From assembly GCF_001465295.1 (NCBI RefSeq), contig NZ_CP011034.1:90001-122000 (forward strand): 32,000 bases of DNA, read 5' to 3'. This document shows positions 8,745 through 18,001 of this stretch, piece by piece (position 1 is the first letter of the stretch; every line of letters starts with the position of its first letter). The notes under the pieces were generated by a model. It did not search any database. It saw only the letters and a list, made by a program, of their open reading frames with translations, and was not told where the DNA came from. The position numbers and the translations under genes are program-made. The DNA comes from Pseudoalteromonas translucida KMM 520 (lineage in GTDB: Bacteria > Pseudomonadota > Gammaproteobacteria > Enterobacterales > Alteromonadaceae).

Positions 8745-9683
8745 ATGACCCAAACGACAAATATAGTGCGTATTGCTACTCGTAAAAGTGCATTGGCACT
8801 TTGGCAAGCTGAATTTGTAAAGGCGCAACTAGAGCATTATCACCCAGGTATTTTAGTAGAATTAGTGCCTATGTCGACCCAAGGCGATATTATTTTAGAT
8901 ACCCCTTTAGCTAAAATTGGTGGTAAAGGTTTATTTGTTAAAGAGCTTGAACAAGCCATGCTAGAAGGGCTGGCTGATATGGCCGTGCACTCGATGAAAG
9001 ATATGCCTGTAGAGTTTCCAGAAGGGTTAACACTGCACACTATTTGTGAGCGCGAAGATCCACGTGACGCATTTGTATCAAATAACTTTGCCAATATTGA
9101 CGAGCTACCACAAGGTGCAATTGTGGGTACTTCAAGCTTACGTCGTCAGTGTCAAATACGCGCATCACGTCCTGATCTAAAAATTCATGACCTTCGCGGT
9201 AACGTAAATACACGCTTAGCCAAACTAGATTCAGGCCAATACGACGCAATTATTTTAGCGGCAGCAGGCTTGATCCGTTTAGAAATGAAAGACCGCATTC
9301 GTGCTTATATTGAGCCAGAAGTGTCATTGCCTGCCAATGGACAAGGTGCTGTAGGTATTGAGTGTCGTACTGATGACGAAGCAATAAAAGCATTACTTGC
9401 TCCACTGGAGCACAGCGAAACACGTATTCGGGTAAATGCCGAGCGCGCAATGAACCGCCATTTAGAAGGTGGTTGTCAGGTGCCAATTGGCGCTTATGCG
9501 CTAGTTAACGGCGATCAAGTACACTTACGTGGTTTAGTGGGCGCAATAGATGGTAGCGAAATTTTACGTGATGAAGTTAGCGGCCACGTTGATGACGCAG
9601 AAAAACTAGGGGTTGAGCTGGCCAAAATGCTATTGGCTCAAGGTGCAGACAGAATATTAGCTGAAGTATATAGAGACGCGTAA
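8745..9683 (+). CDS. hemC: Hydroxymethylbilane synthase (porphobilinogen deaminase)
   Basis: 312 aa. It starts [14 protein letters not shown] and contains [11 protein letters not shown] and the cofactor-Cys motif EGGCQVPIG. Its stop overlaps the next start (TAATG). Confidence 0.95.
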   Translation: MTQTTNIVRIATRKSALALWQAEFVKAQLEHYHPGILVELVPMSTQGDIILDTPLAKIGGKGLFVKELEQAMLEGLADMAVHSMKDMPVEFPEGLTLHTICEREDPRDAFVSNNFANIDELPQGAIVGTSSLRRQCQIRASRPDLKIHDLRGNVNTRLAKLDSGQYDAIILAAAGLIRLEMKDRIRAYIEPEVSLPANGQGAVGIECRTDDEAIKALLAPLEHSETRIRVNAERAMNRHLEGGCQVPIGAYALVNGDQVHLRGLVGAIDGSEILRDEVSGHVDDAEKLGVELAKMLLAQGADRILAEVYRDA

Positions 9684-11533
9684 TGTTAAATATCTTGATA
9701 ACTCGTCCCCAAGGAAAAGGCGCAGCCCTTGCACAACAACTTGAGCAAGCGGGTTATCAAGCGTCTTTATTTCCCGTATTAAAAATAGAGTATTTAACCC
9801 CCGACAGTATTGAGCTCAGCCCATTAATTAATGCCGATAAAATTATTTTTGTGTCGCAAGATGCGGTTTTAGCGCTGAGTGAATTAAAGCCAGATATTAA
9901 TATAAAAGCGCAATTTTATGGGGTTGGCCAACAAACAGCCGACACTATTTATGAGGTATTTGGCGTGCGAGCAGCTGTTCCTAAACAGCACGACTCAGAG
10001 GGGTTATTAGCGCTTAAATCGCTTGCCGATGTTGATAGCAGTAATATTGTATTAGTTAAAGGAATAGGTGGGCGTCCTGATATAGCTAAAACATTAAAGC
10101 AGCGTGGTGCATTTTTAAATAACTGCGTAGTGTATCAGCGTACTCCCATAGACCCTGAGCCTAACAACTGGATAGACCACTGGCAAAGCCAAAATGTACA
10201 GGGTATAGTCATAACAAGTAATGCGGCGGTTGATGCTATTTTTAAAAACCTTGCTGCATCTCAAAAACAATGGTTACAACAGTGCCGATTTTATGTAGCT
10301 AGTGAGCGTATAGGCGCTTATTTACAGCAGCATCAGGTAAGTTCGGCTAATATACATATTGCAGCAGGAGCTAGCGATAACGCTATGTTTACCTGCATTA
10401 ATCAGCAAGGTAGCAAAATGAGCGAACAGTCAGTACCGTCAACGGTAGATAAAGCAGCGCAAAAAACGACTAATGCAACAGCCAACAATGGCAAAGCTAC
10501 GACTAAAAGCGATACGCACAAAGCAACTGATCAGGCTGATAACACTAAGCAGCGAGTAAGTAAAGTCGGGAGCTTAGCACTTATTATTTCGCTAATTGTT
10601 GCCTCTGGAGTTGGCTTTGAGTTTTATCAAAAGCTCAACGCGAGCAAGACGCAAAGCTTAGCTGTTAATCAGTTAAATGAGCAAAATAAATTACTACAAC
10701 AAGAGCTGCAAGCACTTAAGTTAGCCCAAGCTAATTTGCACCAGACGCTATTAACGTCTGAGCAAAAAGTAACAGCCGCAATGCGCGAAAGTACCACAAA
10801 AAATCAGCAAGAATTAAAAGCTGCCTTACAACAAGCGCAGCAGCAAGGCTCGTCTTTAAATCCACAAGAAGTTACCAGCTTGCAGCGTATGGCTGAGTTT
10901 AAGTTGTGGGCCGAAAACGACTATCAAGGAACTAGCGCTGTATTAAAACGTTTAGATGCTTTACTTAGTGACCATCCCGGTACTATTACAGTGCGCCAAG
11001 CCATTACACAAGATATACAAACTCTAGATGCCATAAAACCAATTGCCGTTGAAGCTATTTATTTGCAGCTTAGTAGTGTGTTGAAAAATATTGATGAATT
11101 GGTATTTAATGCGGTGAACCTGCCCGAAGAAGTGGCAAAAATTGATGACAAGGTATTAAGTGAAGATCTTAGCGATTGGCAACAAAACTTAAAAAATAGC
11201 TGGGATCAATTTTTAGATGGGTTTATTACTATTCGTCATCGCGAAGGTATTGCTATAGAGCCATTATTAAGTGAACAACAGCGACACTTAGTAAATCAAA
11301 GAGTTAAGCTTTATATAACACAAGCGCAAGATGCATTACTGAGCAAGCACGCCAGTGTTTACTTTGCAGCACTAAGCGAAGCAAAACGTTTAGTGGCTGA
11401 ATACTTTAAACAAGATGATGATGTTACAAAAATGGTTTTAAAGTCGCTGTCTAATCTAGAAAAAGAGCAGCTAAACTTTAACCCTAAAGTAAACTTACAA
11501 AGCACGCAGCAAGTTAAGGAGTGGGCAAAATGA
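9683..11533 (+). CDS. hemD: Fused uroporphyrinogen-III synthase (HemD, aa 1-~241) and HemX-like membrane protein (aa ~246-616)
   Basis: One uninterrupted 616-codon ORF. The N-terminal part starts ILITRPQGKG and ends NIHIAAGASDNAMFTCINQ, like HemD. After a QGSK linker comes Met246 (ATG 10418, preceded by AAGG). The rest has HemX features: a disordered tail, a TM helix LALIISLIVASGVGF, a Q-rich coiled coil and a periplasmic domain. Confidence 0.8.
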   Translation: MLNILITRPQGKGAALAQQLEQAGYQASLFPVLKIEYLTPDSIELSPLINADKIIFVSQDAVLALSELKPDINIKAQFYGVGQQTADTIYEVFGVRAAVPKQHDSEGLLALKSLADVDSSNIVLVKGIGGRPDIAKTLKQRGAFLNNCVVYQRTPIDPEPNNWIDHWQSQNVQGIVITSNAAVDAIFKNLAASQKQWLQQCRFYVASERIGAYLQQHQVSSANIHIAAGASDNAMFTCINQQGSKMSEQSVPSTVDKAAQKTTNATANNGKATTKSDTHKATDQADNTKQRVSKVGSLALIISLIVASGVGFEFYQKLNASKTQSLAVNQLNEQNKLLQQELQALKLAQANLHQTLLTSEQKVTAAMRESTTKNQQELKAALQQAQQQGSSLNPQEVTSLQRMAEFKLWAENDYQGTSAVLKRLDALLSDHPGTITVRQAITQDIQTLDAIKPIAVEAIYLQLSSVLKNIDELVFNAVNLPEEVAKIDDKVLSEDLSDWQQNLKNSWDQFLDGFITIRHREGIAIEPLLSEQQRHLVNQRVKLYITQAQDALLSKHASVYFAALSEAKRLVAEYFKQDDDVTKMVLKSLSNLEKEQLNFNPKVNLQSTQQVKEWAK

Positions 11534-12636
11534 TAGGGTTGATCATTTTAATTATTGCACTTGTTGTGGTGTTAGCGGCAGCCCCTTTTTTATTGGACGA
11601 AAAAGGTTATGTACTAATTTCGTTTAACAACACCACAATTGAAGGCACAATTGTTTCGTTTGCTGTGCTAACGATTGCAGTATTAGTCGTTAGTTATTTA
11701 ACCTATAAACTCGTGCGTTATTTATTCTCTATTTATCGTAATACCAAGCATGGCTTTTTTGCTCGTAGCCAAGGGCGCAAGCAAGCCGCAATTGAGCAGG
11801 CGCTGTGGAGTGTAATTAATGACGACTATGCACAAATAGAGCAGGCGCTATCTGGCAAGGTGCCTGATCAGTATCAAGATATACGTTTAGCACTGCTTGC
11901 TAAGGCGGCACTAGCTAATAATCAAACCGACAAAGCCCTAGAGTACTTATTTGACATAAACCCAGAGCAGCAACTAAAAGTCGCTAAACTATGGCTAGCT
12001 AGTGGTAATAGTAGCGCTATAGAGTCGCAATTACGGGTTATTGCAGAATCGAAAAAAGCGACAGCGCTTGAGCTGAAAATTTACACCGAAGTGCTAGTAC
12101 AGCAACAGCATTTTAGTGCTTTAGAAGCATTTTTACCGCGCCTTTTACGCAAAAAAGTACTAACAAATGAGCAGTGGCATCGCGTTTTTAATGCCTATTT
12201 TGCCTCATTCCCTGTTGATGAAGTAACAGTTAAATATAAGCAGCTACCTAAAAAGCTACATAGCTACGCCTACAGCGCTTATTTAACGCAAATGGCTGCT
12301 GCAGGACAATTAAGCGTAATTGAAAATGACTTAATAAAAATGGTTAAGCATGATGAACAACATGCACAATTAGCTAACATATTAAGCAAAGCAACAACGG
12401 CAAATGCCCGTAAATTACAAACGAGTATTCAAGATCGACTTAAAAAAGATGAGCAAAATAACTCATTACTGCTCGCTTTGGCTTGTCTTGCTAATGCGCA
12501 AGGTGATTACGACCTGGCGGCTAGGGTGTTTGATAAAGCACTTAATAATGAAAATAAAAATCAATATATGCAGCAAGCAAAGTTAAGTTATGAAAAAAGT
12601 GCACAACTAGATAAAGCATTGGTACTTTATAAGTAA
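11530..12636 (+). CDS. hemY: HemY-family inner-membrane TPR-like protein
   Basis: It has N-terminal TM helices (MIGLIILIIALVVVLAAAPFLLDEKGYVLISF) like E. coli HemY, then a helical-repeat C-terminus. I chose ATG 11530 because AAGGAG lies 9 nt upstream and it forms an ATGA overlap with the hemDX stop. The ORF-track GTG 11521 sits directly on the Shine-Dalgarno. Confidence 0.85.
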   Translation: MIGLIILIIALVVVLAAAPFLLDEKGYVLISFNNTTIEGTIVSFAVLTIAVLVVSYLTYKLVRYLFSIYRNTKHGFFARSQGRKQAAIEQALWSVINDDYAQIEQALSGKVPDQYQDIRLALLAKAALANNQTDKALEYLFDINPEQQLKVAKLWLASGNSSAIESQLRVIAESKKATALELKIYTEVLVQQQHFSALEAFLPRLLRKKVLTNEQWHRVFNAYFASFPVDEVTVKYKQLPKKLHSYAYSAYLTQMAAAGQLSVIENDLIKMVKHDEQHAQLANILSKATTANARKLQTSIQDRLKKDEQNNSLLLALACLANAQGDYDLAARVFDKALNNENKNQYMQQAKLSYEKSAQLDKALVLYK

Positions 12637-12685
12637 TGAGTTACATTTAATAAACATCATTTAATACTGCAAGGAGCAAAAGGCG

Positions 12686-15376
12686 ATGAAAGGTTTGTTT
12701 AAATTGTCTTTTAGCTTAGCTTGCGCTTACTTTATTACAGGCTACTTTAGTAATTTATTGCTTGCTATAGATGGTTTTGCTGTGGCTTCTTGGCCTCCTG
12801 CGGGCATAGCTGTAGCAAGCTTTTTGTTATGGGGCCGCAAATCTTTTTTAGGTATTATTGTTGGTGCATTACTTACTAGCTTAATTCACCTTGATAATGT
12901 TGTTGATATACTAAACTGGCAAGTTTTTTTCCAAGCCGCTGCAATTGCTATCGCTGTTGTTTTTCAAGCATGGCTTGGCGCGCAAATAATAATTAAAGTT
13001 ATTAAAGCCCCCCTCGATTTATCGTCACTAAAACACAGTGTACAAAGCTTAATTATAGCCGGCCCTGTATGTTGTATTATTGGCGCTAGTGTAGGCACCA
13101 GCTTACTTGTTTTTAATAATATAATTGCACAACATGCCGCGCTAGATAGTTTTATTGCGTGGTGGATTGGCGACAGTATTGGGGTGCTCATTTTTACGCC
13201 ATTGATGCTGGCTGCATTTAATTACTCAGTGATGCGATACCGGCTACAAGTTATCCTGCCTTCTTTACTTATTTACATTCTTATTAGTGTGAGCTTTTAT
13301 GGCGCTGCCAGTGTTAAAAAAGAAAAAAACATTCAAAAACAAGAGATAAAAACATTAGCCGTACAAGATTCAATTGCTCATAAATTAGATGAAATAACCG
13401 CACACTTGGCATTACTGGCTACTTTTTTTTCGAGCAGTGAAGATGTGAGCTTTAAAGAGTTTCGGCAATTTACGGCAAAACAGTTGAGCTATAGCGAAGA
13501 AATATTGGCGTTTGAATGGGTACCGTATGTTCCTAAAAGTGCGCTGTTAGAATATCAACAAATGACGCAACTAGCCGATGTTGATCATTTTTTTGTAAAA
13601 GAAAAGTCACCAACCAACCAATGGCAAGCCGTTGCTGAGCGAGATGTATATTACCCAATTAGGTATGCATACCCATTAAAAGGCAATGAAGATGCTATTG
13701 GCTTTGATTTAGCGTCAAACGGCTTTATGCAAGAGGCATTAAATAAGTCAAAAGTGCTCAACGAAATGGTCATTAGCCAACCGGTTAAGTTGGTGCAAAA
13801 TCAGGCTGAGTTAGGGGTGCTATTTTTACATCCCGTATTTGGAAGTATAGAGACTGAAGATGACTTTAAAGGTTTTGCAGTTGCGGTAGTGAGCTTAAAA
13901 AAGCTATCGCAGTCGTTACTTTTTGATCATGAAAACTTAGTTACAGCAAGCTTTTTAGACATTAACAATACCAATAATACCCAAGCTATTTATATTGCCA
14001 ACAACGAGTCAATGGAATTGTTAAAGTCCTACCAGCTACTCATTGGTAAACGTATGTGGCAGGTTGAGTTGCACGAGCCCTTAGTTACAACCTCCTGGCT
14101 AATATATTGGTTGGCACAAATAGTGGGGATGCTGTTTGTGTGGTTACTGGTAGCATTTTTAATTTCTGTTACAGGCACAAATATTCAAATACGCGAGCAA
14201 GTTGCTAAGCAAACGCGCACATTACGCCAAGAAAAGCAAAAAGCTGATGAAGCGAGCCAAATAAAAAGTCAGTTTTTAGCGAATATGAGCCACGAAGTGC
14301 GCACGCCAATTAATGGTATTAAAGGCTTACACTACTTAGCGTTACAACAAAATGATTGGCAGCAAGCCCGTACTTACATAGAGCAAGCTGATGGTGCGTT
14401 AGGGGTGTTACTTAGAGTATTAAATGACTTGCTCGATTTTTCTAAAATGGAGGCAGGTAAACTTGATTTAATGCAAGAACCCGTAGATATAGGGCGCTTG
14501 GCCGAAGAGATAATTAACTTAATACAATTTGAAGTAAATGTTAAGTCGTTAGAAATAAAGCTAGATTACGATAAAAACACAGACTTGGTGATTAACACCG
14601 ATGCTATTCGTTTAAAGCAGGTGTTACTAAATTTACTCAATAATGCGGTTAAATTTACTGCTCAAGGGAGTATTACACTGAAAATTTGGCAATCAAAAAC
14701 CATGACCTATTTAAGTGTAAGCGATACAGGTATTGGTATTAGTAAAGAGGCACAAAAGAAATTATTTAGGCCTTTTGCTCAAGCAGATAACTCTACGTCA
14801 CGCCAATATGGCGGTACAGGGTTGGGCCTCAGTATTTGTAAAAAGCTAGTTGAGCTTATGGGTGGAGCTATAGATTTAAAAAGTACTGCAGGGCAAGGTT
14901 CAACATTTACCTTTAGTTTACCGCTTAACTCCCCTTTACCTAAAGTAGAGAAAAGTGAGCAAAGCTTTAGTGACGTGGATATAGAAAACGTATCATTTGC
15001 GAACTTCACATTACTTTTGGTTGAGGATAACCCGTTAAACCAACATGTAGCCACTGCCATTTTAAAAACCAAAGGGTGTGTTGCTGATATTGCTAATGAT
15101 GGCTTTGCCGCAATTGAAATGTTAACTGAAAAAAGTTATGACATTGTTCTGATGGACATTCAAATGCCCAAAATGGACGGCTTACAAGCAACCAAGGTAA
15201 TACGTAATGAGCTAGGCTTATTAGATTTACCTATTATAGGTTTATCGGCTAATGCGCATGATGACGATGTTAAAAAAGCGCTTGCCTGTGGAATGAATAG
15301 CTATATAACAAAACCAATAGATGCGAATATTTTGTTTAAAGCTCTTTGGCATTATTTAGCGGCGATAGAAAAATAA
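12686..15376 (+). CDS. Hybrid sensor histidine kinase: MASE1 membrane module, CHASE extracytoplasmic domain, HisKA, HATPase_c and REC (no HPt)
   Basis: 896 aa.
- MASE1-like N-terminus: ASWPPAGIAVASFLLWG plus multiple TM helices, to about aa 205.
- CHASE-like region, about aa 225-455: FEWVPYVP, YYPIRYAYPLKGNEDAIGFDLASN, LFLHPVF.
- A TM helix at about aa 471-495.
- H-box SQFLANMSHEVRTPING (His codon 14291-14293), an N-box LLNLLNNAVKFT, and G-boxes DTGIGI and GGTGLGLSI.
- Receiver LLVEDNPLNQ...LMDIQMPKMDG (Asp codon 15155-15157) ...TKPI. Confidence 0.85.
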   Translation: MKGLFKLSFSLACAYFITGYFSNLLLAIDGFAVASWPPAGIAVASFLLWGRKSFLGIIVGALLTSLIHLDNVVDILNWQVFFQAAAIAIAVVFQAWLGAQIIIKVIKAPLDLSSLKHSVQSLIIAGPVCCIIGASVGTSLLVFNNIIAQHAALDSFIAWWIGDSIGVLIFTPLMLAAFNYSVMRYRLQVILPSLLIYILISVSFYGAASVKKEKNIQKQEIKTLAVQDSIAHKLDEITAHLALLATFFSSSEDVSFKEFRQFTAKQLSYSEEILAFEWVPYVPKSALLEYQQMTQLADVDHFFVKEKSPTNQWQAVAERDVYYPIRYAYPLKGNEDAIGFDLASNGFMQEALNKSKVLNEMVISQPVKLVQNQAELGVLFLHPVFGSIETEDDFKGFAVAVVSLKKLSQSLLFDHENLVTASFLDINNTNNTQAIYIANNESMELLKSYQLLIGKRMWQVELHEPLVTTSWLIYWLAQIVGMLFVWLLVAFLISVTGTNIQIREQVAKQTRTLRQEKQKADEASQIKSQFLANMSHEVRTPINGIKGLHYLALQQNDWQQARTYIEQADGALGVLLRVLNDLLDFSKMEAGKLDLMQEPVDIGRLAEEIINLIQFEVNVKSLEIKLDYDKNTDLVINTDAIRLKQVLLNLLNNAVKFTAQGSITLKIWQSKTMTYLSVSDTGIGISKEAQKKLFRPFAQADNSTSRQYGGTGLGLSICKKLVELMGGAIDLKSTAGQGSTFTFSLPLNSPLPKVEKSEQSFSDVDIENVSFANFTLLLVEDNPLNQHVATAILKTKGCVADIANDGFAAIEMLTEKSYDIVLMDIQMPKMDGLQATKVIRNELGLLDLPIIGLSANAHDDDVKKALACGMNSYITKPIDANILFKALWHYLAAIEK

Positions 15377-15381
15377 AATCA

Positions 15382-15407
15382 TCTGCTTTTTTTGCATAAA
15401 AAGCAGA
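15382..15407 (+). terminator. Perfect 10-bp hairpin just after the kinase stop (atypical terminator candidate)
   Basis: TCTGCTTTTT (15382-15391) pairs with AAAAAGCAGA (15398-15407) around the loop TTGCAT. The T-run lies inside the stem rather than after it, so intrinsic-terminator function is uncertain. Confidence 0.3.
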
Positions 15408-15444
15408 CATATGGCCTCAAAAGTATATTTTAAATAAACTAGAC

Positions 15445-15472
15445 TTGAATTATTACTATAGCTGCGTATTAT
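15445..15472 (+). promoter_or_regulatory. Candidate sigma70 promoter for add
   Basis: TTGAAT (15445-15450), a 16-nt spacer, then TATTAT (15467-15472), about 32 nt upstream of the add ATG. Confidence 0.4.
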
Positions 15473-15504
15473 GCGCGCAATTTTAACCTAACTGAGTTGC
15501 TACT

Positions 15505-16506
15505 ATGATCAATAGAAAACTACCTTTGCTAGATATTCATCGCCATTTAGATGGTAATGTACGAGCGCAAACCATATTAGAACTTGGTCGTCAGTTTAAT
15601 ATAACTTTGCCTGCTGATAACGTTGCAGCACTTATTCCTCATGTACAAGTCATTGATCCTGAGCCAAACCTGATGGCATTTTTACAAAAATTAGATTGGG
15701 GTGTAACAGTATTAGGTGACTACGATGCTTGTAGACGTATAGCGATTGAAAATATTGAAGATGCACAAGCCCAAGGGCTCGATTATGTTGAGCTGCGCTT
15801 TAGTCCTTACTACATGGCACAAAGTCAAGGCTTACACCCTCAAGGTGTGGTTGAAGCGGTAATTGATGGCATTAAGTCGGCAACTAAAGGTGCTAATGTA
15901 AAAGCTAATTTAATTGGTATTTTATCACGCACTTATGGCGTAAAAGTTTGCCAACAAGAGCTTGATGCCTTACTCGCTTTTAAAGATGATTTAGTGGCTG
16001 TCGATTTAGCCGGTGATGAAATTGGTTTTCCGGGTGAGTTATTTGTAGAACACTTTAAGCAAGTACGCGACGCATACTTAGCTGCAACAATTCATGCTGG
16101 TGAGGCACTAGGTGCGCCAAGCATTTGGCAAGCAATTAACGAGCTAGGTGCGAGCCGTATAGGCCATGGTGTTAAAGCAATTGAAGATATTGAACTTATG
16201 AACTATCTGCGCGATAAGCGTATTGGTATTGAGTCGTGCTTAACCAGTAATATACAAACCAGTACCGTAAATGATTTAGCTCAGCATCCGCTAAAACAGT
16301 TTTTAGATCATGGTATTTTGGCCTGTATTAATACCGATGACCCTGCGGTTGAAGGTATTGAAATTGAACACGAATATTTAGTGGCAGCGCCACAAGCTGG
16401 TTTATCACAAGCCGATATAGAAAAAGCGCAAGCTAATGCGCTTGAAATTGCCTACTTAAGTTACAGCGATAAAAAAGCACTGCTAACAATGGCAAGTGCG
16501 CGCTAA
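15505..16506 (+). CDS. add: Adenosine deaminase
   Basis: 333 aa. The metal and catalytic motifs are [13 protein letters not shown] and NTDDP. It is collinear with E. coli Add in length and layout. Confidence 0.95.
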   Translation: MINRKLPLLDIHRHLDGNVRAQTILELGRQFNITLPADNVAALIPHVQVIDPEPNLMAFLQKLDWGVTVLGDYDACRRIAIENIEDAQAQGLDYVELRFSPYYMAQSQGLHPQGVVEAVIDGIKSATKGANVKANLIGILSRTYGVKVCQQELDALLAFKDDLVAVDLAGDEIGFPGELFVEHFKQVRDAYLAATIHAGEALGAPSIWQAINELGASRIGHGVKAIEDIELMNYLRDKRIGIESCLTSNIQTSTVNDLAQHPLKQFLDHGILACINTDDPAVEGIEIEHEYLVAAPQAGLSQADIEKAQANALEIAYLSYSDKKALLTMASAR

Positions 16507-16524
16507 TTTAATACTATTAGTATA

Positions 16525-16554
16525 AAAAATGCCGCTAATAATAGCGGCATTTTT
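16525..16554. terminator. Bidirectional intrinsic terminator between convergent add and the CBS gene
   Basis: AAAAATGCCGCTA (16525-16537) pairs with TAGCGGCATTTTT (16542-16554) around the loop ATAA. An A-run precedes and a T-run follows, so it can work on both strands. Confidence 0.75.
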
Positions 16555-16601
16555 GTATCTAAGTAACCAGAGTTCAGGTTAAGTGTTTATAAATTAGTGG
16601 C

Positions 16602-17012
16602 TTAGTGTGTTTGACAAGCTAGGTAGTTATCGTAAAGGGCTTTGAGAATATCGGCTCTGCTGATCATTCCTATTACTTTTTCTCCGTCAACCACAGGGTA
16701 ATTTTTCGGTTTACCGGGTCTCATTTGCTCAGCAAGTTCAATAATGTTGGTGTCGCCATTTACAGTCACTACTTCTGTTTGCATTAGTTGCGATACTTTC
16801 ACCACCCCATCACAAAAATAACTGCTTTGCATGAGTGGTTTAAGCAGCTCTTGCTCAGAGATAAAGCCAACTAAAAACTTATTGCTATCGAATACTGGGG
16901 CGCCAAGTAATTTAAATTTTTGCAGCTCTGCAATGGCAGTGGTCATTTCGGTATCTGGGGTAATGTTTGGCAACTTGTGTTGCATAAAGTCTTTTACTTT
17001 TGTATTGAGCAT
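16602..17012 (-). CDS. Stand-alone CBS-pair domain protein
   Basis: 136 aa with two CBS-like units (...AIAELQKFKLLGAPVFD... and ...PGKPKNYPVVDGEKVIGMISRADILKAL). A GGGAGAG Shine-Dalgarno lies upstream. Confidence 0.8.
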   Translation of the reverse strand: MLNTKVKDFMQHKLPNITPDTEMTTAIAELQKFKLLGAPVFDSNKFLVGFISEQELLKPLMQSSYFCDGVVKVSQLMQTEVVTVNGDTNIIELAEQMRPGKPKNYPVVDGEKVIGMISRADILKALYDNYLACQTH

Positions 17013-17124
17013 ATGGGTCTCTCCCGCTGAATGTTCTATACAAAGTATGGTTTATAGATCGACTTTTAGGAAATTGTTTATGTTGATGATGTTGATAGAT
17101 TTTAACTATTAATTATTTATTGTT

Positions 17125-17161
17125 ATAAAAATAATTAAGGCACCTATTTAGATGCCTTAAT
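17125..17161 (-). terminator. Intrinsic terminator downstream of fre
   Basis: A 9-bp stem, ATTAAGGCA (17134-17142) with TGCCTTAAT (17153-17161), encloses a 10-nt loop. On the minus strand it is followed by TATTTTTAT. Confidence 0.5.
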
Positions 17162-17187
17162 ATTTGAATTGAGAGCGTTAAGTGCAA

Positions 17188-17901
17188 TTATTTAATAAAT
17201 GCAAACGCATCTGCGTACATGTTTTCGCGAATAGCACCATGAGCAATAAAATCATCACGAACTATGCCAATCATGTCAAAACGTCCAGCCATGTAAATAT
17301 CGTAAGGCGCTAGCGATACTATATCTTGCATTACGGCTTTGTGTACATAACCTGTATGCCCTTGCCAATCAGCCGATGGGTTTTCTACTACCGGAATAAA
17401 TTGAAAGTTTTTGTGGCTATCGGCCCATACTTGCATTTCGCGGTGTGCATAAAGTGCCGATTCTTCTTTTACGCCCCAGTATAATAATACCGGGCGATCG
17501 CAGCTAATTTCAGCTAGGTGATCAGCCATTGATTTTGCATATGAAAATCCAGTACCGCCAGCAAGTAAAATAATTGGGCGTTCACACTGTAAACGAAGTT
17601 GCGATATACCTAAGCCTGCTTCTATTGCTATTAGCTGCTTTTCGTTAAGTGCATTGCGTAAATGTTCAAGCGACTGCATTGCATACGTATCGGTTCCCGA
17701 AGCGCCAATATGTAACTCTATTTGATCACATTGTGAAGGGCGACTGGCAATCGAAAATGCACGCTTGTCATTTTCGCTCAATACAAGGTGCATGTATTGG
17801 CCTGCTTCAAACGAAACCGGTTGTTGTGGTTTTAAAATTACTTTATGAACAAATTCTGTAAGTGGGCTGATAGCAACAACTTCAGCTTTTAATGTTTGCA
17901 T
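17188..17901 (-). CDS. fre: NAD(P)H-flavin reductase
   Basis: 237 aa. It carries the flavin-binding motif RAFSIAS (E. coli RPFSMAS) and the NAD(P)H motif LLAGGTGFSY. It lies directly downstream of ubiD, as in E. coli. Confidence 0.85.
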   Translation of the reverse strand: MQTLKAEVVAISPLTEFVHKVILKPQQPVSFEAGQYMHLVLSENDKRAFSIASRPSQCDQIELHIGASGTDTYAMQSLEHLRNALNEKQLIAIEAGLGISQLRLQCERPIILLAGGTGFSYAKSMADHLAEISCDRPVLLYWGVKEESALYAHREMQVWADSHKNFQFIPVVENPSADWQGHTGYVHKAVMQDIVSLAPYDIYMAGRFDMIGIVRDDFIAHGAIRENMYADAFAFIK

Positions 17902-18001
17902 TTTTTACCTTTTAGCAGCGCTTTTCATAGCAGATACGCAATAGAATGTGTTGATTCTAGCATATCTGCTGGTTTGTTTTATAGCCTATTGGTCTAGGAT
18001 A

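Noticed and set aside
9040-9486. Two same-frame antisense ORFs (78 and 69 aa) inside hemC, separated by a single stop. Together they could look like a disrupted 147-aa gene.
   Set aside because: They lie inside a highly conserved, intact hemC. The translations look non-protein-like and there are no expression signals. This is a typical antisense shadow of a relatively GC-richer conserved gene.
10418-11533. Calling the HemX-like part a uroporphyrin-III C-methyltransferase, as many annotations do.
   Set aside because: The sequence shows a TM helix, a coiled coil and a periplasmic domain, but no SAM-binding methyltransferase motifs. That annotation is historically propagated and is not supported by the sequence.
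14268-14300. A 17-nt identical stretch (AAAAGTCAGTTTTTAGC) shared with 26814-26830, which could look like a dispersed repeat.
   Set aside because: Both copies encode the conserved H-box residues (K-S-Q-F-L-A) of two paralogous histidine kinases in the same codon usage. This is paralogy, not a repeat element.
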